In this document: piece after piece, positions 33,751 to 43,580 of the stretch
Numbering within the stretch: the stretch's first letter is position 1
Layout: each line of letters opens with the position of its first letter
Source: Polyangiales bacterium
GTDB lineage: Bacteria > Myxococcota_A > Polyangia > Polyangiales > JADJQN01
Length of the DNA: 64,000 bases
Assembly (NCBI GenBank): GCA_964202905.1
Contig: CAXNJO010000007.1
Coordinates: 96,001 to 160,000 of the forward strand
Direction: 5' to 3'
The notes under the pieces: generated by a model
The model's input: the letters and a program-made list of their open reading frames with translations, nothing else
What the model was told of the DNA's origin: nothing
The model's database searches: none
Program-made: the position numbers and the translations under genes

Positions 33751-35403
33751 CTACTTGGCCTTGCGCTTGCGGCGGCGCAGCAGCCACATGCGCGCGCCGT
33801 GCGCGACCACCCACAGGAGCGCGGCGGCGATGAACGCGACGCCGAGCACGAACGAGCGCTGCGCGATCAGCACGGCGCCCCCGAGCAGCAGCGCGCCGAC
33901 GACGAACCCGCTGTAGACACGCCGCCCGAGTCCGTCGAAGGCCCGGTCGCGCGCCGCGTCCTCGGTGCGCAGCACGAGCCGCCCGAGGCGGATGTCCTCG
34001 AGCACGTCCTGCAGCTGCACGGGCAGCTCGCTCGCGGCGCCGCCGATGCGCGAGGCGGTGCGCACGAGCTCCGCGCTCATCTTCTCGGGCGAGTACCGCT
34101 GCCAGAAGAGCTTGAGGAAATAGGGCTTCACCTCGCCGAAGACGTCGAGCGTCGGGTGGATCTCCTTGCCGATCCCCTCGACCGTCATCAGCGCCTTGCC
34201 GACCATCAGGAAGTCGGGCGGGATCTCGAGCCCGAACTTCGTCGCGCCGCCGACGAGGTCGCGGATGAGCGCGCTCATCTCGATGTCCTGCAGCGTCTTG
34301 CCGAGGTAGCGATCCGCGAGCCGCGCGACCTCGGCGTCGAAGGCGCGGCGCTCGATCTTGCGCGTCGGCTTGCCGATGGCGAAGAGCGCGTCGGCGATGC
34401 TCTTGTGGTCCTCGCGCGCGACCGCGACCATCAGGTCGATGGTGCGGTCGCGCATCTCCGTCGTGAGCCGCCCGACGAGCCCGAGGTCGATCATCCCGAG
34501 CACGGGGGCGTCCGGCGTGCCGAGGATCAGCAGGTTCCCGGGGTGCGGGTCGGCGTGGAAGAAGCCGTCCTCGAAGATCTGCTGGATGAGGATGTGCAGC
34601 GTGTTGTGCGCGATCCGCTCGCCGCTGTGACCGCCCGCGACCGCGTCGTACACCTTCGCGCCGTCGAGGAACTCGAGCGTCAACATGCGGCGCGACGACG
34701 CCTCGCGGTACACCTGCGGGAAGTGGACCGTGCCGATCCCCTGAAAATTGCGGGTGAAACGCGCGGCGTTGTCGGCCTCGAGGTGGTAGTCGAGCTCGGC
34801 CATGATCGAGCGCTCGAACTCCTCGACGAGCCGCACGGGGCCGTAGATCCGCGACTCGGGGATCGAGCGCTCGACGGCGCGCGCGAGCCAATGCAGCAGG
34901 TCGAGGTCGCGCTCGATCGTCGGCTTGATGTTGGGCCGCTGGAGCTTCACCACGACGTCGACCGGGCCCTCCGGCGTCCGCAGCGTCGCGCGGTGCACCT
35001 GCCCGATCGACGCGGAGGCGAGCGGCGTCTCGTCGAACGTCTCGTAGACGTCGGAGAGCGGCGCGCCGAGGGCCTCCTCGACGCTCTCGCGCAGCTGGTC
35101 GAAGGGCACCGGCGGGACGCGGTCCTGGAGCTTCTTCAGCTCCGCGATCACCTCCGCGGGGACGAGGTCCGAGCGCGTCGAGATGATCTGCCCGAGCTTC
35201 ACGGCGCTCGGCCCGAGCTCCTCCATCGCGAGCCGCAGCCGCGCGCCGACGGCGACCTTCTCCCCGTCGGCGCCCGCGCCGGCGCCGAGCAGCGAGCCGA
35301 GCCCCGTGCGCTGCACGATCTCGCCGAAGCCGTGCCGCCCGAGGACGCCCACGATCTGGCGGAGCCGCTCGAGATCGCGGGCGGTGTTGAGGATCCCTGC
35401 CAT
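33751..35403 (-). CDS. ubiB: ABC1/UbiB family atypical kinase
   Basis: ELGPSAVKLGQ, LQD.VPP, ASASIGQVH, VVVKLQRP, FFHADPHPGN, IDLGLVG. Confidence 0.88.
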   Translation of the reverse strand: MAGILNTARDLERLRQIVGVLGRHGFGEIVQRTGLGSLLGAGAGADGEKVAVGARLRLAMEELGPSAVKLGQIISTRSDLVPAEVIAELKKLQDRVPPVPFDQLRESVEEALGAPLSDVYETFDETPLASASIGQVHRATLRTPEGPVDVVVKLQRPNIKPTIERDLDLLHWLARAVERSIPESRIYGPVRLVEEFERSIMAELDYHLEADNAARFTRNFQGIGTVHFPQVYREASSRRMLTLEFLDGAKVYDAVAGGHSGERIAHNTLHILIQQIFEDGFFHADPHPGNLLILGTPDAPVLGMIDLGLVGRLTTEMRDRTIDLMVAVAREDHKSIADALFAIGKPTRKIERRAFDAEVARLADRYLGKTLQDIEMSALIRDLVGGATKFGLEIPPDFLMVGKALMTVEGIGKEIHPTLDVFGEVKPYFLKLFWQRYSPEKMSAELVRTASRIGGAASELPVQLQDVLEDIRLGRLVLRTEDAARDRAFDGLGRRVYSGFVVGALLLGGAVLIAQRSFVLGVAFIAAALLWVVAHGARMWLLRRRKRKAK

Positions 35404-35443
35404 GGGCGTCGGGGTCGTGCGCGCGCGGCCGGTCGCAGCGCGC

Positions 35444-36421
35444 TCAGTGGCCGTCGTGCGCCGCGGCCGGTGCGGCGGGCGCCGTCGCTCCGGGTGCGCT
35501 CGCCGTAGCCGGGGCGGAGGCGGGCGCGGCGGCGGGCGTGCACGACGCGGCGACGGTGAAGGTGCGCGTCGTGTCGTTGAAGGGCCCCGCGACGGGCTGG
35601 CCATCGGCGCCGATCAGCGTGAGGTGGAGGCGGTGCTCGCCCTCGGGGAGGTTCTCGATGAAGTGCGGGACCCAGCGCGTGATCTCGCCGCTCGCCGCGT
35701 CGTCGATCGCGTAGCGGACCTTGAAACCCTCCGCGGAGAGGGCCGCGTTGGTGACGAAGAAGTCGAGCAGCACGCGCTGCCCGAGCACGTTGCAGCCCTT
35801 CGGGCGCGAGTAGGTGAGCAGCGGCGCGCTCGGGTTGAAGGAGAAGCCCGGGGTCGCCGCGCGGACCGCGAACGTCACCACCTGGAACGCCGCGCCCGAC
35901 TTCACGGACTCGTGCTGCGGGCGGCTCGGGAAGACGCGCAGGACGTGCGAGCCCTCGGCCAGCTCGTGCCCGAGGTTCGTGCGGACGAGGGCCGCGAGAT
36001 CGACGGGCTGCGAGAGGTCGCGCACCGCGAAGTACGGCTCGTCGTCGACGATGAAGTGCACGTGGTTGCCCGGATCCGCGGAGAGCGCCCAGTCGCGCAG
36101 CGTCGCGCGCACGAGCACCGGCGGCCGCGCGATCGTCGCGCCGTTGCGCGGCGCGGTCAGCAGCAGGGACGCCATCGGGCCTTCGACGGGCGTGCTCTCG
36201 CCGGCGATGACGGTGATGGGCGGCGGCCCGCTCGGCTGCGGCTCCGGCATCGGCGGCTCATCGACGCGCACGACCTCGACGGTGGCCTCGCCGTTCTCGC
36301 GCGGGGGTGTCGCGGCGGCAGCTGCGGCGTGCGTGGACGCGCCGCAGGCAGCGCTCAGGGAGATCGAGGCGAGGGCCGCGGCGAGGGTGAGCAGTTCGAA
36401 CTTCGCGAGGTGTCGGCGCAT
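35444..36421 (-). CDS. Hypothetical lipoprotein with two Ig-like His-containing domains
   Basis: LSAAC lipobox; NHVHFIVDDEPY, GSHVLRVFPSRPQHESVK, LTYSRPKG, GEHRLHL. Confidence 0.75.
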   Translation of the reverse strand: MRRHLAKFELLTLAAALASISLSAACGASTHAAAAAATPPRENGEATVEVVRVDEPPMPEPQPSGPPPITVIAGESTPVEGPMASLLLTAPRNGATIARPPVLVRATLRDWALSADPGNHVHFIVDDEPYFAVRDLSQPVDLAALVRTNLGHELAEGSHVLRVFPSRPQHESVKSGAAFQVVTFAVRAATPGFSFNPSAPLLTYSRPKGCNVLGQRVLLDFFVTNAALSAEGFKVRYAIDDAASGEITRWVPHFIENLPEGEHRLHLTLIGADGQPVAGPFNDTTRTFTVAASCTPAAAPASAPATASAPGATAPAAPAAAHDGH

Positions 36422-36549
36422 GACGGTCTCCTGCGGCGGCGGGCTCGCCCGTCGCGTCGCGGCGCAGATCTAGTCGCTCACGCGGGCGCCTTCCAGTCGC
36501 GGCACGCGCGCGTGCCTGCGGCGTCAGGCGTCGCGCTGCGTGTCCGGGC

Positions 36550-37440
36550 TCACGAGCCGCCCTCGACCTCGCCGCCGACCCACGCGACCGCGTGGCTCAT
36601 CGTGCGCGTATTCCAGGCGAATCCGGGGCGCCCGTGGCGATCGACGACCACGATGCCGCCCGAGCCCGCGACGCGCGCGCCGAACATCGCGATGGCCGCG
36701 CGTGCGGCTTCGGGCGCGGGGACGCCGCTCCGCATCAGGTCGACCGCCACGCGGGAGAGCGTCACGCGGATGATCGCCTCGCCGGCGCCCGTCGCGGAGC
36801 ACGCGCCGCCCTCGTCGTCCGCGTACGTGCCGCAGCCGGGCAGCGGCGAGTCGCCGATGCGCCCTGGCAGTTTGCCCACCGTGCCGCCCGTGCTCGTCGC
36901 CGCGGCCACGCGCCCCTCGGCATCCCGCGCGACGGCGCCGACCGTGCCGCCCGCCCAGCCCGGCCCCGCGCGCCCCGCGAGCACGAGCTTCAGGCGCTCG
37001 GCCGCGTCTGGGGTGCACATCGCCTCGAGCGTCGACGGCGAAAACCCCGCGCGCTCCGCGAAGGCCCGCGCGCCCTCGGCCGCGTAGAGCACGTGCCGCG
37101 CGTCTTCGAGCACCGCGCGGGCAATCGCGATCGGATGTTGGAAGGGCGGCAGCACCGTCACGGCGCCTGCGCGCAGCGTCGTGCCCTCCATCACCGAGGC
37201 GTCGAACTCGAGCGTGCCCGTCGCCGTGAGGCACGCGCCCGTGCCCGCGTTGAAGAGCGGGTCGTCCTCGAGCGCCTCGACCGCGGCCTGCACCGCGTCG
37301 AGCGCGCTCCCGCCCTGCGCGAGCACGTCGCGCCCCACCGCGGCCGCGCGCTTCGCGCCCTCTTCGTGCAGCGGCCGGCGCGCATCCGGCACATCGCCCG
37401 CGCCGCCGTGCACGGCGACGAGCGCCCGCGGCGCGCTCAT
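36550..37440 (-). CDS. iaaA: Isoaspartyl peptidase / L-asparaginase (Ntn hydrolase)
   Basis: VHGGAG, LEDDPLFNAG, GTVGAVA...ATSTGG, GRIGDSP, TGAGE. Confidence 0.9.
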   Translation of the reverse strand: MSAPRALVAVHGGAGDVPDARRPLHEEGAKRAAAVGRDVLAQGGSALDAVQAAVEALEDDPLFNAGTGACLTATGTLEFDASVMEGTTLRAGAVTVLPPFQHPIAIARAVLEDARHVLYAAEGARAFAERAGFSPSTLEAMCTPDAAERLKLVLAGRAGPGWAGGTVGAVARDAEGRVAAATSTGGTVGKLPGRIGDSPLPGCGTYADDEGGACSATGAGEAIIRVTLSRVAVDLMRSGVPAPEAARAAIAMFGARVAGSGGIVVVDRHGRPGFAWNTRTMSHAVAWVGGEVEGGS

Positions 37441-37874
37441 CGCGGCCGCACGCTCGCGAGGAGCCTCGGCAGCTCGCTCCGCGCGTCGAAGCGGAGCACC
37501 GCGCGCGCGACCTCCGTCTCGCCGAGGTAGAGGCTCCCCGGGAGCTGCGTGAGCGTGAGGGCGGGGCGCAGCAGGTCGATGTCGACCTCGCCGTGGAAGC
37601 GCGCGTCGCGCGCGTCGTTCGTCGGGAAGCGGAAGTCCCACACGATCTTCGCGCGGAGCGGCGCGAGCGTGAGGGTCCCGCGCAGCGGCTGACCGTCGGC
37701 GAAACCCTGCGCGTCGATCTCGCCCGTGAGCGCGAGCGTCGGATCGAGCGCGAAACGCAGCACATCCTCGACGCGCGCCTGCACGCGGATGGCCATCGGG
37801 TGCTCGACCCCGGGCGACGCGAGCGTGTGGTAACTCCCCGCGAGCGTCTCGCGGAACTCGAAGCCGAGGCTCAC
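37437..37874 (-). CDS. Hypothetical protein
   Basis: 145-aa ORF with good codon usage; overlaps the iaaA start. Confidence 0.7.
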   Translation of the reverse strand: MSLGFEFRETLAGSYHTLASPGVEHPMAIRVQARVEDVLRFALDPTLALTGEIDAQGFADGQPLRGTLTLAPLRAKIVWDFRFPTNDARDARFHGEVDIDLLRPALTLTQLPGSLYLGETEVARAVLRFDARSELPRLLASVRPR

Positions 37875-38048
37875 GCGGACCTCCCGCAGCGTGGTGGGAT
37901 GCGGAGAACGCGACTCGAATCGAGGGGTGTCGACATCGCGTGCGACGCTACCACGGCGGGTGCGGCGCGCGCGCCGCGTCGGACGCGCGTGCCGAGCGTG
38001 AAGGCTCCGGCGCGGGGCTGAGTCGACCCCGCGTCGCGCGCAGCGCCT

Positions 38049-39032
38049 TCAGCGCACGCACCCCGCGAGGAAATCGCGGAGCGCAGGCGTCAGCGTCGTC
38101 TCGCCCGGGCGTCCCACCGCGTCGTTCACGCCCTCGTGGCTGTACGCGTCGACGGCGACGATGTCGGCGGGGACGCCCGCGGCGACGAGCGCGTCGCGGA
38201 AGCGGTTGGTGACGGCCTGCCGGGCTGCGGTGCCGCGGCGCGCGAGCAGGAAGGCGCCGATGCCCGCCCCCGCGCGGACATGCGTGATCGGCGACGCCTC
38301 GACCCACGTCGTCGGGTCCTCGCCGAAGGCGTTGAGGTACGTCGTGCGCAGCATGCCCGTCGCATCCGCGAGCACCGCCGCGACGTCGTACCCCTCGGTG
38401 TCGAGGGCCCCCGTACAGCGGATATCCGCCGGGCCGAGCCCGTGCGCCGCGAGCAGCGTCGGTGAGGTGGCGACGAGCGAGACGAGGTGCGCGCCCGCCG
38501 AGTGGCCGAGGAGGACGACGCGCGTGCCGTCTCCGCCGTACTCCGCGGCGTGTGCCTCGACCCACGCGACGGCGCGGGCGACGTCCTCCGCGTGGGTCGG
38601 GTGTCGGACGGGCTCGGGTGTGGGCGTCGCGCCGGGGGAGGGTGAGAGTCGGTAATTGACGCTGATGAAGAGAAATCCCTCGCTCGCGAAGAAGGGTCTT
38701 TTGTCGGTGAGTTGATTGCGTTTGTCGCCGACGGCCCACGCGCCGCCATGGACCCACACCACCACGGGCGCGCCATCGCCCGTGGGCTGTGGATACACAT
38801 CGAGCCTCCGCAGCGGGTCGCCGGGCGCGGACTCGTCGTAGGGGACGTCGAACACCGGTGTCCGTGGCGTGGCGGCGTCGCCGAGGAGCCCCGCGTCGAT
38901 CGGCGCGCCCGAATCCCCTGCATCGCCTGATCCGATGTCGGGTGTTCCGGCGTCTTCCGCGGTCTTCGAGGTGCGGCGGGGACCGCAGGCGAAGAGCGTC
39001 AGCGCGAGGGCGGCGGCGAGGATGACACGCAT
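38049..39032 (-). CDS. Lipoprotein alpha/beta hydrolase (HSL/BD-FAE-like esterase)
   Basis: LFAC lipobox, HGGAW oxyanion motif, NYRLSP, GHSAG nucleophile. Confidence 0.88.
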   Translation of the reverse strand: MRVILAAALALTLFACGPRRTSKTAEDAGTPDIGSGDAGDSGAPIDAGLLGDAATPRTPVFDVPYDESAPGDPLRRLDVYPQPTGDGAPVVVWVHGGAWAVGDKRNQLTDKRPFFASEGFLFISVNYRLSPSPGATPTPEPVRHPTHAEDVARAVAWVEAHAAEYGGDGTRVVLLGHSAGAHLVSLVATSPTLLAAHGLGPADIRCTGALDTEGYDVAAVLADATGMLRTTYLNAFGEDPTTWVEASPITHVRAGAGIGAFLLARRGTAARQAVTNRFRDALVAAGVPADIVAVDAYSHEGVNDAVGRPGETTLTPALRDFLAGCVR

Positions 39033-39193
39033 GGCGCGAGCCTATCTAACTGCCCCGACGTTCGGAAGACCGCTTTGCAGTCGCGGCCTCGGCGAACGCG
39101 TGCTCGTTCTCGAGGCGCGCTTCAGTTCTCGGCGAACTGCTCGTCGTCGCGCTCAGCGTGTTCGCCTGAGCAGGCGGGATGCGAGAATCGTAT

Positions 39194-40255
39194 TCAGACT
39201 CGCAGCTCGCCGAATCTCGTCGTCGGACGCGGCCCATCCTCGTCATCGAAGACCAACGTGCGCTCGGGCCAGCGCAGCGCGGCGAGGCCGCCCGTGAATC
39301 CCGCGCTCACACCGCGGTGACGCTCGGTGAAGCGGCGCCCGACGCTGTAATCCACGCAATACACGTGTCCCGACCACTCCTGGGGCTGGAGGTCGTCCCA
39401 GACATCCGGCTTGTCGGGGATGGAATCACCCCGTCGACGCCAGTAATGCCCGATGACCGTGGGGCGATCGATGGGCTCTTGCCACCAGCGCTTGCGCCGC
39501 GCGAATCGCCACTTGCCGCCCGTGAAGAAATGGCCACCCTCCGGGACGCTCTCTTCGAGCCCGGACGTGAGGATCTTGATCGGATTGTCACTCTGCAGCG
39601 CCACATCCTCTGCGGCCACGGCCGCGAGATGCCGGTTTGGCTCGATGTTCTGCACGCGGAGATTCGCGAATTCCGCGCGCTCGGCCTTAGCCCGCTGGGT
39701 AATTCCGCAGGCGTGGAGTTGCGATTGAATCTCTTGCTCCTTCGCCGCGGCGAGCGCCGCCGGGTCACCCTCCCTCGGGAGCGCACGCGCGGCGTTTTCC
39801 TGCCAGCACGCGTGCACCACGCGCAGATCCTCGCGCTCGAGCGCAAGCGGCAAATCCCTGAGAAAACGCGTGATCGTGGCGCGCTCGTCGTCCGTCGCGA
39901 GGCGCGAGCGGAAGGGCTGCGTGCCCCCCGCATGTTGCCAGTGGTCGTGCGGGTCGTCGCGGAACCAGCCGTTGCCCTCCTTCCGGTCACCCGCGAGCAG
40001 ATTCAGCTCGTGGTTGCCGAGGACCGCCTGCGCGATGCCCGCGCTCATCAGCCGCTCGACGAGCTGGACGACTGCGACGCTGTCGGGGCCCCGGTCGACG
40101 AGGTCGCCCACGAAGACCAGCGGCCGTGCCGCGGTGCGCTTCTCCGGGTCGACGCCGAGCCGGTCCAGGAGCGCGAGCAGGGCCTCGACCTCCCCGTGCA
40201 CGTCTCCGATCACATCGAGGGGGCCGGGAGCGAGGGTTTGAATCAGGCGCGGCAT
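39194..40255 (-). CDS. PPP/ApaH-like metallophosphoesterase
   Basis: GDVHG, GDLVDRGPDS, GNHE, VHA, GHYW, DYS. Confidence 0.88.
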   Translation of the reverse strand: MPRLIQTLAPGPLDVIGDVHGEVEALLALLDRLGVDPEKRTAARPLVFVGDLVDRGPDSVAVVQLVERLMSAGIAQAVLGNHELNLLAGDRKEGNGWFRDDPHDHWQHAGGTQPFRSRLATDDERATITRFLRDLPLALEREDLRVVHACWQENAARALPREGDPAALAAAKEQEIQSQLHACGITQRAKAERAEFANLRVQNIEPNRHLAAVAAEDVALQSDNPIKILTSGLEESVPEGGHFFTGGKWRFARRKRWWQEPIDRPTVIGHYWRRRGDSIPDKPDVWDDLQPQEWSGHVYCVDYSVGRRFTERHRGVSAGFTGGLAALRWPERTLVFDDEDGPRPTTRFGELRV

Positions 40256-40393
40256 GGGGGCGAGGGTAGCGCGGCGCACGCGGGCGCGGTCGCTGTCCGC
40301 GGTGGGTTTGCGCGGATTCTCGGGACGTCCTCGGAGGTGCGCGCGCCGCGCCCGCCAGTGAATCGCGGGACGCGGGCGATGGCTGCGCCGCGC

Positions 40394-41740
40394 TCAGCGC
40401 AGACGCCCGTCGAGCACGCGCCCGATCACCGATCGATACAAGGCGGCGAGTCGCTCGTCGGCCGCGGCGGAGTCGCCGCGCGCGGGCAGATGCGTGGCGA
40501 TCACGAACTCCTTGCCGCGGTCGGGGATCGGCGCGCCCGAGGCGTCGAGCTCGGGGAGACACGCATACGCGACGTGCACGAACTCGCCGCCTCGCGAGGG
40601 CCCATATCCCAACTTCCCGAAGACACGCCACCGCCCTGCGCTCCGGCGCTCCATCGCCGCGACGTCGAAGGCCTGTTGCACGTAGATCGCCGTGTCGGCC
40701 TGCATGCCGCCGACGGTGCCGTCGCGGTACCAGACGGGGCGCGCGGCCCCATAGAGCAGCGTCTCGACATCGGCCCACTGCAGCGCCGGCATGCGCTCGC
40801 CGGCGCGGATCTCGCGGTGCATCGCGACCCGCCTCAGCGCGTCCGCGAGCGCGTCGGTCGAGAGCTGGTTCGTGTAGCCGCTCGTGGAATCCGGGGTGAT
40901 CGGGGCCGTGAGCGCGTCGTTCTCGAGCACATACGGGAGGAGCGCCGAGGGCGCGCCGTAGTTCCCGCCGAAGGACTCGGTCGACGGGCGGCCCAGCCAC
41001 GATTGCACGAGGTCGCGCGCGCGCGGCCGACCGCCGACGTCGTGGAACCAGCGCGAGAGCGCGTTCGAGGTGAAGCGTCGCTCGTCGTACTGGTGGATGG
41101 CCGTGACGAGGTCGCCGAGCGGCACGCCGTCGACCCGCGCGTCGAGGCCGAGTCGATAGCGCGTGAGCGCGCGGAGCCGGGCGGCCGCGTTCGCCGCGGC
41201 GAGCCACTTGGTGCTGCTCCAGGGCTGCACGGGCGTCGCGTGCCGGGGCGTGCCGAGCCAGCGGAACGTCGGGCGGTCGCCGACGCGGCGGACGAGCGCC
41301 ACGCTCATCGCGACGTCGTCCGGGACGAGGCCCCGGAGCGCGTTGGTGTCCACATCGAGCGGTCGGCCGTCGTCGACGTAGCGGACCGACGCGCCGCCGT
41401 CCGCGGGGGTCGCGAGCGTGGAGGTCGCGACGTTGGGGCAGCGCCACGCGCGGTCGCGGTTCGAGGGCGTGCGCCGGGCGCAGCGCGTGTCGTCGAGGTA
41501 GCGGAAGTAATCGGGGGAGGCGCTGCCGCACGCGACGTCCGCGGCCCCGGTCTGGTAGGTGCGGTCGAGGGCGGCCCGGGTCTCGCCTTCACCCTCGCTG
41601 AGGGAGGCGCCGCCGTCCGCGCCGCCCGTCCACGTGCCTTCGTCGTGGCCGCCCGTCGCGCACGCGGGCACGGTGACGAGCGCGGCGAGGAGCGCGGCGA
41701 GCGCGCTGCGTGGGGTGTGCAGATCCGGGCGAAGTCGCAT
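40394..41740 (-). CDS. Lipoprotein with probable serine beta-lactamase/PBP-like fold
   Basis: VPAC lipobox; SSTK (SxxK), TSN (SxN-like), KLG (KTG-like) in the expected order. Confidence 0.6.
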   Translation of the reverse strand: MRLRPDLHTPRSALAALLAALVTVPACATGGHDEGTWTGGADGGASLSEGEGETRAALDRTYQTGAADVACGSASPDYFRYLDDTRCARRTPSNRDRAWRCPNVATSTLATPADGGASVRYVDDGRPLDVDTNALRGLVPDDVAMSVALVRRVGDRPTFRWLGTPRHATPVQPWSSTKWLAAANAAARLRALTRYRLGLDARVDGVPLGDLVTAIHQYDERRFTSNALSRWFHDVGGRPRARDLVQSWLGRPSTESFGGNYGAPSALLPYVLENDALTAPITPDSTSGYTNQLSTDALADALRRVAMHREIRAGERMPALQWADVETLLYGAARPVWYRDGTVGGMQADTAIYVQQAFDVAAMERRSAGRWRVFGKLGYGPSRGGEFVHVAYACLPELDASGAPIPDRGKEFVIATHLPARGDSAAADERLAALYRSVIGRVLDGRLR

Positions 41741-41754
41741 ACGCGCGCTGCTTC

Positions 41755-41769
41755 GCAGGTTCCGTGCCG
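41755..41769 (-). promoter_or_regulatory. sigma54-like promoter CGGCACGGAACCTGC
   Basis: GG-N10-GC with GGCACG core; 14 nt before the ATG at 41740. Confidence 0.6.
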
Positions 41770-41892
41770 GGTCCGGCCGGACGCGGGCGCGCCGGAGGGT
41801 GGGTTCGCCGACGCGGCGTCGTCAGCCGCGCACCGCTTCGTCGCGACCGCCGCGCCGCGCACGAAGGCGGTGGGTGCGCGTCACCGGCGGGG

Positions 41893-43353
41893 TCAGCGCG
41901 CCAGCGTGACGGTCCGACGGATCGCGCCGCGCAGCGCGCCGTCGGCCGAGTAGGTGCGGATCTCGAGCGCGCGCTCCCCGAGGGTCGAGAAGGCGCTGCG
42001 CACGGCCCGCCGCGTGCTCCGGGACACCCCGCTGACCGCGTCGACGAGCAGGTAGCCATCGGCGCGCACGTCGATCGCCGCCACGCCCGGCACCGCGCGC
42101 TCGAGGCCGATCTCCCACGCGCCGCTGTCGACCGGGCGGACGTACACCGCCGTCTCGGGGATGGTGTCGATCGACCCGGTCGCCCGCGCGAGCGTGCGGC
42201 CGCCGGCGTCGAGCGCGACGACCTCGAACAGGCGGCCTTCGCCCTCGGACGAGAAGCGCTTGCGGAGCGCGTAGCGGGCGTCCGCGCCACGCGGGCTCGC
42301 GCCGAGCGTGTAGCCGTCCACGAGGTAGCGGACGGAGGACACCGCGGCCGGTGCGCTCGCGGTGAGCGCGTAGTCGCCGTCGGCGAGGCGCTCCCAGGCC
42401 GCACCGAGGACGGGCGTCGCGGGCGCTGGCGCAGGCGCGGGCGCCGGCGCAGGTGAGGGCGTGGGCGTGACGCCGCAACTCGCGCCCAGCGCGAAGCCTG
42501 CGGCCGGGGAGCGCCGCAGACGCGCTTCGGTCGCGGCGCCGTAGTCGCCGTCCGCGGCGACGCGGTCTTCGGGGTGGTTGCGGTTCCACAGCCGCTGGAA
42601 GGCGACGACGGAGAGGGCGCGGATGTCGGTCGTCCCGCCACCGACGAAGTCGAAGTGCACCGGGTCGCTCGGGCCGAGCCACGAGAACCCTTCGGCCTCG
42701 AGGGCCGCGCGCCAGCTCGCGGACGCGTCGATGTCCACGGCGAGCGCGCCGTTGTGGTTGCTCAGGCCGGGCGGCGCCGCGACGGAGACCCCGCAACGGA
42801 TGCCCTGCCAGCGGTAGAGCAGGTACTGCTGCGGCAGCGACCGCAGGCTCGAGTTCACGAAGAAAGTCGAGGACGGGCGCCGCGCCGCGGCACGCCGGAG
42901 CGCCCGCGCCGCCGCCGTCTGCAGCCAGGGCGAGGCGGCCGAACCGAGCGCGAGGTTCGACGGGCCTCGGATCGACGCGAGCGTCCCGGGGCGCAGGCAC
43001 TGCAGCTCGGCGAGCAGCTGCTCCGTCAGGCCGGACACGATGCTCGTGCTGCACGACGCCGTGACGGCCCCGTCGACGGTCAGGGACCGCAACGCCTCGA
43101 CCGTCGCCTCGGTCGGTCCCGTCTCGGTCTCGAGCATGACGACCTCGGGCGGTTCGTAGTCGTCGTGCGTCGGTGCGAGCGTCGGGTCGGTGCCCGCGCC
43201 GGCGTCGCCGGTCGACACGCCGGCGTCGCCTCCGCGTGAGGGAGGGGGGCCGTCGAACGCGTCCGGCGAACAACCCGCGCTCGCGAGCGTGAGGGCGGCG
43301 AGGAGCGCGCCGAGCGCGCGTCGCGGGGATTGGGGGCGGGACTCGTAGGACAC
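41893..43353 (-). CDS. Lipoprotein M15-family (VanY-like) peptidase with peptidoglycan-binding domain and C-terminal Ig-like repeats
   Basis: ASAGC lipobox; NSSLRS..QQY, PGLSNHNGALAVD, DPVHF; FQRLWN...DGDYG..T; two VDGY.L repeats. Confidence 0.82.
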   Translation of the reverse strand: MSYESRPQSPRRALGALLAALTLASAGCSPDAFDGPPPSRGGDAGVSTGDAGAGTDPTLAPTHDDYEPPEVVMLETETGPTEATVEALRSLTVDGAVTASCSTSIVSGLTEQLLAELQCLRPGTLASIRGPSNLALGSAASPWLQTAAARALRRAAARRPSSTFFVNSSLRSLPQQYLLYRWQGIRCGVSVAAPPGLSNHNGALAVDIDASASWRAALEAEGFSWLGPSDPVHFDFVGGGTTDIRALSVVAFQRLWNRNHPEDRVAADGDYGAATEARLRRSPAAGFALGASCGVTPTPSPAPAPAPAPAPATPVLGAAWERLADGDYALTASAPAAVSSVRYLVDGYTLGASPRGADARYALRKRFSSEGEGRLFEVVALDAGGRTLARATGSIDTIPETAVYVRPVDSGAWEIGLERAVPGVAAIDVRADGYLLVDAVSGVSRSTRRAVRSAFSTLGERALEIRTYSADGALRGAIRRTVTLAR

Positions 43354-43365
43354 GCAAGGCGATAG

Positions 43366-43380
43366 GCACCTGCCGTGCCG
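43366..43380 (-). promoter_or_regulatory. sigma54-like promoter CGGCACGGCAGGTGC
   Basis: GG-N10-GC with GGCACG core; 12 nt before the GTG at 43353. Confidence 0.55.
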
Positions 43381-43580
43381 CGCATCGTTTCCGCAGGCGG
43401 CGTCGCGAACGGCCGTGTCGATGCGCGGCGCCGACGCCCGCTGGGGTCGATAGACCTCAGAGCGGGGGCTTGGAGGACCCGGCGCGTCGGGGGGCGGGCG
43501 GCCTCCTGCGGCGGAGTTGGAGCGCGTGCCGTGTCGTTGCGTCGTCGTCGCGAAGGCGGATACGGTCCCGCCCGCCGTCG

